Of a stretch of DNA of 64,000 nt, positions 1 to 12,179 are shown piece after piece (position 1 is the stretch's first letter; each line of letters starts with the position of its first letter). A program made the translations under genes and the position numbers. Under the pieces are notes generated by a model, which saw nothing but the letters and a program-made list of their open reading frames with translations, was not told where the DNA came from and searched no databases. The DNA comes from Saccostrea cucullata. Taxonomy: Eukaryota. Where the stretch lies: the NCBI RefSeq assembly GCF_032062105.1, contig NW_026941099.1:1-64000 (forward strand), written 5' to 3'.

Positions 1-701
1 TCATTGTTCTCTGAAAAATTAGTTTATTAGTATTATATAACAATTTTTTGTTTCAACTAAGACATTTTTTTTTTCTATTTTCCAGCATTCTCTAGTGAGG
101 GCTTATGGAAATGATCTATGTCTACTCTCAGAATGGTGAAAGACTTTCAGATTATGCAAAGACTAACAGAATATCCTCTCTTGGAAAACTGAAACAAGAA
201 AATCAAACAGGATGGGGGATTTAAGAAGAACATAGATAAATATGATTTCCAACCAATTTAACCAGTACTATCATAGACTGTGGTTTACAGGATGACAAAG
301 AAAGGAGCCAGGATTGTAACTTTAAACATCTCCTTTCCTTCACTAAATTAATCCATCCAATTAAGTACTAAAGTCTTTTGTCTTCATAGACCTTGTACAA
401 ATTATTATATTCTACTTCTAAGGATTTATTACTAGAAAGAAATTTCCAAGATATATGTTAAACTTTGCAGCCGGCCGTTGCTCGAGTACGACAAATTCGA
501 TAAAATCAACCTTTTTGTAACAAATCACCCAGATATTGACGTCATTTTCATATTGCGACAATACAAACATGGAGCAAAAAGTTATATTAAATTTTCTATT
601 TATAGAACATGTGTCTGACTATATGTGTGCCGAATTTCATTCTGATCTGAACTTTGATTTTTGAAATAAAGAGATCGCGAACTTTTTGATCACCCCTCGT
701 A
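1..701. mobile_element. Tc1/mariner-type element, right-hand part (runs off the left edge)
   Basis: Ends in ...TCGCGAACTTTTTGATCACCCCTCG|TA, the same right TIR as the complete copy at 8694-9554. Subterminal sequence at ~440-660 also resembles ~9300-9520. Confidence 0.7.
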
Positions 702-900
702 GTTTACAAATCGTGAAATTATAATCATCATTAAAACGATATTTTTGAGGTAGTCGCAAATGATAGTTTTAAGTGTTAATTATAGTTTACCTTATGGATC
801 AATCGCGTAAACTACAGTTGACAGATGTGGAATATAGAATATAATCGTTAACTGTCAGTAGTTTATATTAACTAGGTCCAGTCCAAATACTATTTCTACC

Positions 901-1510
901 TACGTAGCTATTAATAGCTACGTAGATATTTAAACCTACCCAAAGTAGCTACATATTTACCTTCTTTTTGTATTTTCTGTATTTTGTGACCGAAAGACCA
1001 AACGGCTCAACATGGTGGATACCATGTATTTTGATACAGTCACACTAATGATGAATACGACGAAATTTTGGACAAAAAATAAATACTTCCTAAATCTTCA
1101 CAATTGTACATTTATTACTATTCAAAATTGTTAATTTACGAAGTAATAATTTTTTGATCAAATTTTTGTCATATCCATCATCAGTATAACTGTATCAAGG
1201 AATATGGTACTCACCATATTAGCCCCTTTACGATAACTGCGGTACTACTCCTTTGCAGGGCAAAATAATAACGCTTGGCGAATTTTTTGTTGAAAGATAA
1301 TTAAATGACGTATATTTAATAATTACTTTTACGCCATATTTCACTAAAATATATCATTTTGCCCTGCAAGAGAGCAGTGCCGCAGTTACCGTGAAACGGT
1401 CTATTGCGCTGTTCAGTCGTTTGGCCAAAAATGCAAGTAAAGCAGAAAGTAGGTAAGGATAGCTAATTTGGGTGGGATTAAATACGTACATAACTATTAA
1501 TAGCTACGTA
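901..1510. mobile_element. Foldback/MITE-like element with nested inverted repeats
   Basis: Palindromic ends (TACGTAGCTATTAATAGCTACGTA at 901-924, degenerate copy at ~1484-1510) and ~100-bp imperfect TIRs. Two internal hairpins: ~1010-1075 vs ~1150-1220, and ~1222-1268 vs ~1352-1402. Confidence 0.6.
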
Positions 1511-2388
1511 TCCATTTGAATTTTAAAGAGCTTTAAATCGGCGACGGATTCAACGCTTAATTTATGCAGTTTTTGTTTTTAATCAAGTAGTGCAAATTAT
1601 TTTTTCTTTATGTCTTAAATCCTGGTTTATTTGAGTAATTCACCACATAAAGATTTTTCATATAATATAATTTTGTAAAATGAAATATGAGGTAGTGACC
1701 CATGCCCACAACCTAGCTTATAATCTAAAACGAAAAGAAGAATTTTAATCAATTTTAAGATAAAAATGTAGTAATCTATTTAGAATATCACTTTATTTCA
1801 ACACAATATTGAATGAGTCTTTTATGTCCCATATTTTCGCCTAATTCTATAAGAACAAACTTTGGTGAATTCAAGACTTTAACACAATAATAATCATTCA
1901 ACACAAGAAGGATAACTCTCTTGACAACAGCTAATGTATACATGAAGATTGCTTTGTGATAAGAAGGGCGTCCATTGCTGGACGGAAAAGAAATTACTCA
2001 ATTGTAAGATATTGCTTTACATGCTTTTTTTCTTAACCAGATGTTTATAATCTATATAGCATTTAAATACTTTATTTGGATTATTTTATGAAATTTATAG
2101 CTGAAAATCGGGAGTCACATTTGTCAATCTACAATATGAAATGAAAGTTTTTTGACGATAGTCTGTATATCTCCAAAAAAAGTTTCCATAAATTTTGTGT
2201 TAATGCTGTAAAGAATCAGTACAAAATGGTTTATGAGATTAATATAATATATGAAGCACTTTAAAATTACTTTCGTTTTCACAGACATTTAAAATAAATA
2301 AAAAAAATAAAGAAAGTAAGTAAAGAAACCCATAAGATTCTTCCAAGATAAATGTTCATGTGTACTTCATTTTTTTTTTAGATTTGAT

Positions 2389-3252
2389 ATGCATCCAATC
2401 TGGAGTGTGCAAGATGTCATCCGATGTGACCTATGTAAGACAGCTATAGTACAGATGTACTGTGATTTCTGTCATGTCAACCTTTGTAAACCCTGTATTG
2501 GAGAACACATTGCTGATGAATATGAGAAACATAAAATTGTCCCATTCCAAAACAAAAAGTCAACTTTAATCTATCCTAAGTGCTCAGTACATCAAACAAA
2601 AGGCAGCGAGTTTCACTGTGAAACGTGCAAAACCTCTGTGTGTTCTCTGTGTGCTATATCTGATACACATAGGGGACACAAAGTTTCACCTCTTTCTGAA
2701 CTCTTTTATTCAAAGAGGAAAGACATAAAAAAAGATACTAGAGAATTAGAAAATTCAATTTGTCCAACGTATGCAGAAATTGCAACTGAATTAGAAACCC
2801 AGATAGCTAACATAGATGGAGAATATGGAGATCTTACAGCAACGTTGATAAAATGTGGAGAAGAATGGCACAGAGAAGTCGACTTAATTGTTCAGAAATT
2901 AAGAATTGAAATAGAAAAAGGAAAAACGAAGCATAATAGTATTCTAAGGGATCATTTGAAAGAAATCAAACAGATACAGACTATTATTGAACAAACACTT
3001 CTAAATCTTCAACAAATTGAAGATTCCAATGATGTTTCTTTGACCATGAATTACATCTCACAAGCCAAGGAATTAAGCAAGCTACCCCCAAAAATTCAAA
3101 TATCACTACCAACTTTTATTTCAAGGACAATAGACACAGAACAGTTTTACAAGCTATTCGGATATTTAACAACATTATCCGTCACAACAGAGGAAAATGG
3201 CTACGAATTGAAGAAACCAAAGATATCAACAAAAGACATGCTGGAGGCACAA
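2389..3252 (+). CDS. TRIM-like B-box1/B-box2/coiled-coil exon (no RING); first coding exon of a predicted TRIM-HSPA12 fusion gene
   Basis: B-box1 CDLC..CDFC..LC..C..H, B-box2 CSVH..C..C....C..C...H.GH, then a heptad-rich helical region. Splice acceptor tttttttag at 2381 just upstream of the ATG. Strong donor CAA|GTAAGT at 3253 (phase 0). Confidence 0.88.
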
Positions 3253-3417
3253 GTAAGTGATATTATTTTAACACAATGATAACATTATTTGTAGCCACAG
3301 ACATTTTTATTTTTGTTAGCTTGGGGTCTCTTTCTTCTCTTTATTCTTGTTTACTGTAAATCCTGGACATATATGGTCTTGGTTAAGAAATCCTTATCAA
3401 TAGTTGTATGCCTTCAG

Positions 3418-5601
3418 ACTGGAGACACAGAAAACATACCCTCTACCATGAAAACAGTCATGGTTGCAGCCATTGACTTTGGTACCACCCATACCAGCAT
3501 TGCATTTTCCTATATACATGAATACGAAAAAGACCCTTTGAAGATCTCGTCCATTAATTGGATTGCAGTCTCCCGAGGTCTGACGAACGTAAAGATCCCC
3601 ACCTGTATTCTGTTCAATAAAGACAAAGTGTTCCACACGTTTGGTTATGATGCGGAGGATAAATATTTAGAACTGGTGGATGCAGGGGAACATGAGGAAT
3701 GGTATTACTTCAAACGGTTCAAGATGTCTCTCTTTAACAAAGAGGCAAGTTCATCTCTTAATCTGTAAAAAATGAAAATTATTTAAAGTGAGGATGGTCT
3801 TGAAGGGGCCGGAATTTTCTCCGTTTATAATGGCGAAATCCTACAATTACTCTGGTATTTGCCAAACATTTCTTAGGGGAGAAACTTCAACTCACTTCTA
3901 TATTTTATAGTAAATTGTATAATTAAAACGGATAAATTTGATGAGAATTTGAAGAATGTTCTTGGTAAAAATTTGAGTGGTTAGAATATGTTTTAAATAT
4001 TTATCAATTTATAGCTTTGTGTACTCATACGATACGATTTAATGTTTTTTTTTTATTAGCGGTGGGTATATACAGTCTACAAATCGGTTTAAATGTTGAA
4101 CATATTTCTTACAGGAACTAATTTCAAAAGCCAGTAAAATAAAATCTATAAACGGGAAAGAGATGTATGCTTTGGATGTGTTTTCTGCAGCCATTGAATT
4201 TTTGAGACATCATCTACTACATATTCTAAAACGACAAGGCTCAAGCATCGAAGAAACTGATATATGCTGGGTCTTAACAGTCCCTCCTTTGTGGGATGAG
4301 CCTGGCAGACAGTTTATGAGAGAAGCGGCATTTAGGGTATAAGCTTTAAACTAGCTTAGAGATATATCAACAACTTTAATAAGATTCATTTTTGTACAAG
4401 AATTCTTTTAAGAAATATATCTTTTAAAAATTTAAGGGTGCCGACTGTGGTACAGAGTATTCATTGCGCAATACTTCGCGCATCATAGTAAAATAAAGAG
4501 TATTTATTATTTTAAAACACTTTTTTCACAAAATTAGTAAAATCTATCACACCAGTATTTTAAATAACTGATTCTTACAGCTAATTTTCAAATAATAGGT
4601 AGATTGACGTAGTACATGTAGTAATGTGTCTGTGACGTTAGGATAGATTGAAGTTCTTAAATAGGGGGGTAAATAAAAATGTCATAAAAAATAAAAGTGT
4701 ACAATATAAGGTCTAGAAATTTTATTTGATTATCACAATTATTTTCCTATTTTTTGTATAAAGAATTTGTGTTTGTCATATTTTGTAATATTCCTTAAAA
4801 ACAGGAATACTTTCACTGATTTTGACATTATGAAGGCGCCCCCCCCCTCCCCCCCCCACCCCTTGGAAACAAGGCGGTAAAATGTTTTGTTTTGTTTTTT
4901 TACTTAAAATGTATAAAATGTTACTCATCACATATTATAACACGAGAAAAAAGTCTATTGTAGTGTTCGTATAATTTGTGTTGAAGAGCGAAATATTAGC
5001 ATTTCCCCATAAAATCCTTTTGTAAATGACCTTTATTTTTAGACGGTTCCCTAAAAATACGCAGACGGAAGTTTTCCCCTAAACTTGATAGTATACTTCA
5101 GTCGATATAAGTTATATATGGTTTAAAATTAACGATTTTCTCTATTGTAGTTTTCACGCAATATAGCTTCAGTCGGCTCCTTTTAAAGTTAATTTAAACT
5201 TTAGAAATGTAAAGAACCATGGAAACTAAAAAACAAAAAAATCACCATTTGCAATGAAAAAAACCCAGAGCCCGATAAATAGGGCTTTCAGTTAAAAAAA
5301 AACTGTAGAATTTTAATTGAGGATGCAGTTTGAAAACATCTTTTAAGAATATATTTGTTTAAGGCTTGCTTACAACTATGATGAGATTTTAATTTGTTTT
5401 TAGGCTGGAATATCCGGGGACCAGTTACTGATAGCACCGGAGCCTGTGGTGGCCTCATTATACTGTAAGCATATCCCCATAGAGAAACTGCAGCCTGAAG
5501 GGGAAAACCAGGAATTCAAGGCATTCTTCAAGGGAAGTAAATTCCTAGTTCTGGATTGTAGACGTAAGCTTTTTTTAAATGCCCTGATACACTGTATATA
5601 G
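3418..5601 (+). CDS. HSPA12 (heat shock 70 kDa protein 12)-like N-terminal nucleotide-binding region; exons 3418-3744, 4115-4336, 5404-5563 (or read-through to stop at 5601)
   Basis: Motifs AAIDFGTT, KIPTCILF, FGYDAE, WYYFKRFKMSL, WVLTVPPLWDEPGRQFMREAA, AGISGDQLLIAPEP and KFLVLDC are typical of HSPA12. The introns between these exons are phase 0 with good acceptors (cag 3417, cag 4114, tag 5403). No downstream exons for the rest of the domain were recognised. Confidence 0.85.
4436..5180. mobile_element. Non-autonomous TIR element (Kolobok/piggyBac-type TTAA flanks) in an HSPA12 intron
   Basis: ttaa-GGGTGCCGACTG ... CAGTCGGCTCC-ttttaa. Confidence 0.55.
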
Positions 5602-6818
5602 CACGCCTTTTATATTATCATTATAGCATATCTTCATCAGAAAACATCTTTCTTACAAGTCAAGTGGTTCAAAAAAAAAAAAAATAAATAATACTCATTG
5701 CGTACCATTAGCCTTTGTTACTATCAAATCAAAAGATTTTTTTGTTTTAATTTTTCATTGACTATTGTTTTGCAAAATTGCTGAAAAAGCTTAACTCCAT
5801 TCAGTCTCTTGATATGCTCTCTGAAATAAAAAAAAAATACTTCATAGAAATATAACTATTTACCTACATCATCAAACCATTATTTGATAAGGATAAGCAT
5901 ACATGTACAGTTTAACCTCTTTATCTCAAACTCGAAAATAAGTCAATATGACAGAATAGTGATATGGAAAATATAAGAATACGAGTAACAAGTAAAAAAA
6001 AATTACAAACGATAAACGTTTAAGGAAAATATTAACTCTATCAAAAATGTGTTCAAGTACAGTTAACAATTCAAATTAAAATCTTACAGAATCATTACAT
6101 GTACGAGTATTATTTTGTTTGCATTCAAAATAATTACGTAAATAAGCAAGAATGCTTAGGAAGTTATCTTAGGGCTAAGACAGATCTTAAGATGAACTAA
6201 CGACATATCTTAGTCTTAAGTGGAGCCAACGTAACTATCGTATCTTAGGAGAGTTCTTAGTCTTAATCCTAACATTTAGTGTAAATGTCTACATGTGCAT
6301 TTATAAATGGAAATGGAGAAGGGAATTAATAAACAATGTTGAATAAAAACATTTATGCAAGTTATGGGAGAAAACATTCTATTGAAAATTTATTAAAGCA
6401 CTGTGGAAATAGACAGAATATAGCAGCAATTTATTTTTTACGAGGGGGGGGGGCATGTGCATGGTGTAGGAGGATGCAGTCACATGGTTGTCCGAAAGAA
6501 GCAATTTCAGTTGCCGGGGGAGGGGGGGGGGGGGGGCAAAGACATACATTTTCAGTTTGGGGTCTGTTATTGTTTTATAATAATGCAAAACATTTACATA
6601 CCTTTAGCTTTCTTTGCAGCTTTACCATGTTTACAAGGCGGTGGGGGTGTTAACTATAATTATATACGTTTAGTTATATACTTTAAGAACTCTGGAGGAC
6701 ATGGCCCCGTGCCCCCGTGCCCCCATGCCCTCCCCCTTCCTACATCACACAGGTACAAGTATGTGATTAAAACCTGGAATTGGAACTTTAAGTTGTGCTT
6801 GTTTATAAAAGTGCTTAA

Positions 6819-7742
6819 GGTAGGATTCTTCTCTGGTTTCTGAATAGATGAAATATTCAATGTATATTTGCTTATATGTCTTATATATTTAGTTGAAAGA
6901 GATTTATAATACCATAGTTTTCTTTCCTCACCACAACCGTACAACTTTGAATAGAAATGGTCAATTGTGTTTGAAAACTAGTAGGAACTATATTTTTGGC
7001 GGAATTGTGGCGTATGAAAATGTCATCTTTTCTGCCTCTCAAAATTATTTTAGAACTATGAATTTAGTTATAATTTTTACACAATCAAAGCCGAGAAGAA
7101 TTTTTCAAATGTTAGCAAAATTAATAATAAAGAACTTAAGTTTTAAAAAATAACAAATAAATATGAATTTCCAAACAAAGTACAATTATGTTAGCTTTTA
7201 AAAGTTTCGACTCTAAGTACAGATTTGAGCCAAAAATCCATAAAAAGTGTTTTTACTCTCTAACTAAACGGTCAAAACTTTTTGTTTTTGTATCATTTTG
7301 TATCTCTATATGACTGCTTTACCATATGTGAAAATCAGAAAAAGTTCAATGTTGGGCGCATATAAAAATAACTTAAATATCCTAAAATTTTAAGAAAAAC
7401 AGAGAAAATTCGGATTAGCCAAAAACCATTTTTGTTAAACTATTTGTATTAATTTGGTAATATCATCTTATAGACCCTATATGGTAATATCTTTTTATGC
7501 AAAAAGAAAAACATTTAATCTTTTGAAATAGAAGACCCTATATCATGAATGGATGCTGTTATTTTTATTCATAATGAGAAGGGAAAAGGTTATGACCTTG
7601 ACCTGACCTTGACTCTTACATAAAACGGTCAAAACTAATCTAACTAATAGCATCACTTAGTAATATTGTCTTCTTTGCTCTGTGAAAATTTCATTAATTT
7701 TTGAATACAAGAAATACAGTTTTGTGTGAGAAGAATCCTACC
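6819..7742. mobile_element. TTAA-flanked MITE (Kolobok-like)
   Basis: TTAA|GGTAGGATTCTTCTC ... GAGAAGAATCCTACC|TTAA: perfect 15-bp TIR with TTAA target duplication. It sits between CTTAAG/CTTAGG-rich repeat tracts (~6155-6270 and ~7743-7880). Confidence 0.8.
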
Positions 7743-7895
7743 TTAAGATGGATTTACGACATCTTAACTTAGGATATTCCTAAGATGCTTTTGTTTTAAA
7801 CCTTTAGACGTATCTTAAGATATTCCTAAGATATGTCCTAAGAAATAATTTAAAACACGTCTTAGGACAAATCTTAGGAAAGAAGATGTGGGAAC

Positions 7896-8609
7896 AAGGC
7901 GTGCAGAATGCCTGTAGCGTCACATATTAAGAAACCATATGCAATATTTGAATTGAGTACTTAAATTAACTTCTAATTATTGAAATTTTTCAAAATATGA
8001 GAAAAAAACTTTCTGAGAGAAAAAAAATTCACGGAAAAAAATTTTTCTTTCATAAAATTATTAGATGGTATCCGTGGGATTCGAATCCTAGCAATAAAAA
8101 CTCGACATATCAATATCATACTGTTTTGAGACTAACGCGTTAACCACTATGCTGCATCAGATATGGTAATTTTGGGCATTTAAATCACGTTTGTGATATG
8201 ACCCGCGACTTAATGGACTTGAAGTATTTCTCACAAAGATGCAAATGTTGTGTCATAAAAGTGTACTTTTAGGATATAGTGGGTCTTCATGTTTTTGTAA
8301 GCCAAAATGTCTATTTTATTGCAAACTTTTAGGATCATCTTTCAAAAAAATGGAGCGAAGAACCACTCATATTGAAAAATTTTGTTAAAGTATGAGAAAA
8401 TGATCGTTTTTGTTCATTTTAGTGTGTGTAAGGCTTTTAAAAGGCAAATATTTTCAGTCTTTGTGAGATTTTTGGAAATTGTAGAGATTGTAGAGATTTT
8501 ACATAAAGTATACTTTAATATTAGATGAAATAGCAAATAAAATTTGGATTTAATTGAGATTAACTTTTTCACTTCTAATCTGTCGCACTATAGGCACTTC
8601 GCCTGCCTT
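7896..8609. mobile_element. Degenerate TIR element carrying a tRNA-like segment
   Basis: Imperfect TIR AGGCGTGCAGAATGCCTGTAGCGTCACA / TGTCGCACTATAGGCACTTCGCCTGCCT. Minus-strand A-box/B-box-like sequence at ~8066-8158. Confidence 0.5.
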
Positions 8610-8693
8610 ATCCCCCATCCTCTTTTCATAAGCATGCCTGCAGATCTTTAAATGTCAATGAAACACATAATTAAATATTAAAATGAGAATGTA

Positions 8694-9554
8694 CGAGGAG
8701 TGATCAACAAGTTCGCGAACTAATTGAATAAGTTCCATAAAACATTACGTGACATGCTCTGAAGCATTCTGTTCATAAACGCTAAAATAATTTCCCAAGT
8801 CTAATATTTCTTACCATGCAAGTAATTTTTTATAACAAGAACAGTCCATTTGTCAAAAATGACCAAATCTCGGAAATAGGATGGCTGGATAGGGATATTC
8901 TTTCCCTGAAAGAGCATGGTGACCATCCCAACCCGAGTCTACTGTCTTAAAAACGTCGTTTATCCAATATGGATATATAGTAGGGGTCTTCTTTTTATTA
9001 TATTTAATATGTTTCGAGTTTAAAGTAAACGTTGTTTTAGGGATTTAATAATGAGATTATTGTTAAGACATACAACTATTTTTCTAGCTGTATCTTCGAT
9101 ATCTTTCATAATAAATTGCCCAACAAAGGAAACATCTCTTCCCCAGCTGCTTGCCATCCCTGGCTTACATAACAAACGTCATTTTAAACACTCTCCCTCT
9201 CTTTAGTTTAACAGTCAATCCAATTTATGATTAAACGTTTGGAATGTCTATTGTCTTCATAATTATTGTATAAATTATATTATAAGATACTTCAAAGGAA
9301 TTCCTAAATTATACGTTAAACTTTACAGCCGTTCGTTGCTCGTGTAAGGCTGTGACCACCATTTTTTGTCACAAGTCACCTACATATTGATGTCATTTTC
9401 AAATTTTGACGTCACAGTGATGGAGAAAATGATTTCTTTTCTTATGCTATTAATAGAACATGTTCACGGATATAAGTGTGACAGATTTCATTCTGGTTTG
9501 AATTGTAGTTGTGTAAATATAGAAATAGTTCGCGAACTTTTTGATCACCCCTCG
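8694..9554. mobile_element. Non-autonomous mariner/Tc1 element
   Basis: TA|CGAGGAGTGATCAACAAGTTCGCGAACTA ... TAGTTCGCGAACTTTTTGATCACCCCTCG|TA: mariner-like TIR with TA target site; no intact transposase. Confidence 0.8.
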
Positions 9555-9892
9555 TATTATTTGATGAATAAATAAGAAGTATCCAATTAAATTAAGGTAC
9601 CAGTGAAATATAATAGAATGAATTTTATTCAGGCAACTAATTCCAGATGAGCAATCGAACTTTCAGCTAATCAAATAATAAGATTATATTTCTGAAAAAG
9701 ATATGACAAAATAAAGAAAAACATGAAAAATTAAAGTAATTTCATATTTTCAAATACAGGCACCAATAAAGCTTAGATTGCTTGGTATACAGGGAAACAA
9801 GCCAAACTGTTTATAGCTCGTTAGGTCAAGTGTTAGGCGAGGCAGTGTGCTCGCAAAAAAAAATCATTCTCGTGTAAATATGGAGAATTTAA

Positions 9893-10634
9893 AGGTGAAT
9901 AGACACTTTATTGAAGTTAATAATCTCTCAAATTTTCTGTATGATATCACGACTTATATATTGCAATAGGATTTCACACAAAAATATATTAAAATTCCTA
10001 TTTCATCTAAGAGTTATTGAAAATTCAAAATTTTGGACGAGTTTGATTGACAAATGCTTGCACTTTCAAAAATTTTAATTTTATCCATATTACTCTAATT
10101 TAGAAAAAGTGGCAATCTTGTTGTGTATTAATGAAAAATAGTAAAACTATATTCCAGAAAATTCAGGTAGAAATGTTCAAAAGCAAAACATACACACATT
10201 AACTTCAGTCCGTACAGTTGTGGTGAGCAGACTTTAACAATTGAACATACCCGGTGAATCGTAAACCTTCACAATAACAGAGCTCGTGCCCCGTTTACAA
10301 AACAAAAAAAAAAAGAAAAACTACGTCTCGAGGGTGTGTTCAATTTGATAAGCACTGTACACAACACTAAGCGCGGAATGACGATACTTCTGAAGGGATT
10401 TTGCTTTCGAACATTTCTACTCTGAAAATAATTATTTTTCTGGATTAAAGTTTTAATATTTTTCATTAATACACAACAAGATCTAACTCATCCAAAAACT
10501 TGAAGTATCAGTACGTTTTAGATGAAATAAGATTTTAAATATTTTTTCGTTTGAAATACTATTACAACTTATAAGTTGTGATATTTTGATATTTTACAGA
10601 AGAAAATTAATTTCAAATCTGTGTCTATGAACCT
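9893..10634. mobile_element. TTAA-flanked MITE with long imperfect TIRs (Kolobok-like)
   Basis: TTAA|AGGTGAATAGACAC ... GTGTCTATGAACCT|TTAA; inverted similarity extends over ~250 bp. Confidence 0.75.
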
Positions 10635-11079
10635 TTAAGAAAGTTCTTAACACTGATAAAAAGTGCTTCCAGGATGTCTTGAAAAATATATCATATAAAA
10701 GTGTGCATATTTGGACTAATCAATTAATTTTCAACATAAGGAACCTGCCTTATTTTCATATGAATAAAAGAGAAAAGACTTTTTATGAGCAAAAATTACT
10801 GTTGTTTACTTACATATGGGGGATTCATGGAAAGATGAATTCTTTTACTCATATTTGGTCTAATATGATGCTTAGAGTATTTTATTCTATTAAAGATAAT
10901 TTAATTAAGTGTAAGAACTGTACAAAACTATTTCTTTTATCTTACTTTTAAGAGGAGATCACTCTCAATCCATAAATTTACCTAATAAATAGAACTCTTT
11001 AATGAGCAGTGATTGGACTTCCTTAAGATTTTATAAAGTAGTAACCAAAACCTGCGATTTTTTTCTTTCTAATCTTGCT

Positions 11080-11395
11080 GTCGCCCGCTTGTCGCAGTGT
11101 TTAGAGCGTCTGCTCTAAAGTCGCGAAATAAGGAGTTGATCCTTACGTCACAGGTTCAAATCCCACTGTGGGACGTGGAGACCGGTCCTTCGGATGAGAC
11201 CGTATAAACCGAGGTCCCGTGTCGCAGTAGGTGCTGGCACGAAAATGATCCCTCCCTGCTCAATGGCCCTGAGTGCCGAGTATAGAACAAAATTTGCAGC
11301 TCTCCATCGGCAAGTGATGGCGTCTCCATATGAGTGATAAATTCTCGAAAGGAACGTTAAACAATATAGTATCGTACAATTTATCAGTCAATCAA
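11080..11395 (+). mobile_element. Full-length tRNA-derived SINE
   Basis: tRNA-like head (GCAGTGTTTAGAGCG ... GGTTCAAATCCCAC), conserved core CTTCGGATGAGACCGTATAAACCGAGGTCC, (CAAT)n-like tail, and 12-bp TSD TCTAATCTTGCT on both sides. Confidence 0.88.
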
Positions 11396-11557
11396 TCTAA
11401 TCTTGCTAATTAAGAGTTCCTGTTTACCTCACAAATAAAAAGTGTCGCCAAAATTGATCTACAGTGATCTGCGGTATTCACATTTTCCTTGCAAACCAAA
11501 ACAATGTTTTTACTGTTATATGGATGTTGTGTAACAGTATAAGATAAACTTACATTA

Positions 11558-11885
11558 ATAGACCAATCCACACTTTACAAAAGTTGTTTCCCTGTGCGGG
11601 GTTAACCAAAAGGTCAAAAGGGAAAGAAACAACATTTCTCCTCTTTATGCTACCAAACATTAGGATGGGCTATGATGAATCCACTGTGTTTAAATTGTTT
11701 TCTTTGGAAGTGTGGGTTGCCCCAACATGGGGTTATCAGTATACACTAATGCAACGATTTTTCCCAGTCAAATGACAAAGTTACAAACCTAAACACTTCA
11801 AAGGGCACTGTGAGGATTCTATGGGTTTATCCCCCAAGATGGCGACCAAGGGACATAACTTTTGAAAAGTGTGGATTGAACTATT
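11558..11885. mobile_element. MITE
   Basis: TIR AATAGACCAATCCACACTTTACAAAAGTT / AACTTTTGAAAAGTGTGGATTGAACTATT. Confidence 0.65.
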
Positions 11886-12179
11886 CATAAATTGTTTCAT
11901 AATGTCTTCATTAATCATACATGTATGCATGATTATTATATATGATACATGTATGTTATTGCCCCCCCCCCCCCAAAAAAATATAAAAATGGCGTTTTTG
12001 CATTAAGCTTTTGAATAATAAAAAGGCGTTTGAAGAATTTTCTTACGAGAATAATTACCTTCCGTTAACAATTCATAAATTCAATCTTTGATAGTTAATA
12101 ACTATCGAATAAAATAGTTGTACAACTCGCTGTGCCAAATGTTATCTGCTCTTTATCTTTATTAAGATGGGGATGTTTA

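Noticed and set aside
3313-3417. Hydrophobic N-terminus MLAWGLFLLFILVY of ORF 3313 as a signal peptide for a secreted Hsp70
   Set aside because: Starts at TTG and lies in the predicted intron; the T-rich intron explains the hydrophobicity.
6336-7153. Overlapping Gly/Pro-rich ORFs on both strands
   Set aside because: Produced by poly-G/poly-C tracts and MITE sequence; no domain or splice support.
11080-11180. tRNA genes at 11080, 49603 and 56314
   Set aside because: No proper cloverleaf; each runs directly into a SINE body.
11186-11250. CGGATGAG...CGAAA as a hammerhead ribozyme
   Set aside because: The core is CGGATGA rather than CTGATGA and I could not build the three stems; it is the SINE conserved domain.
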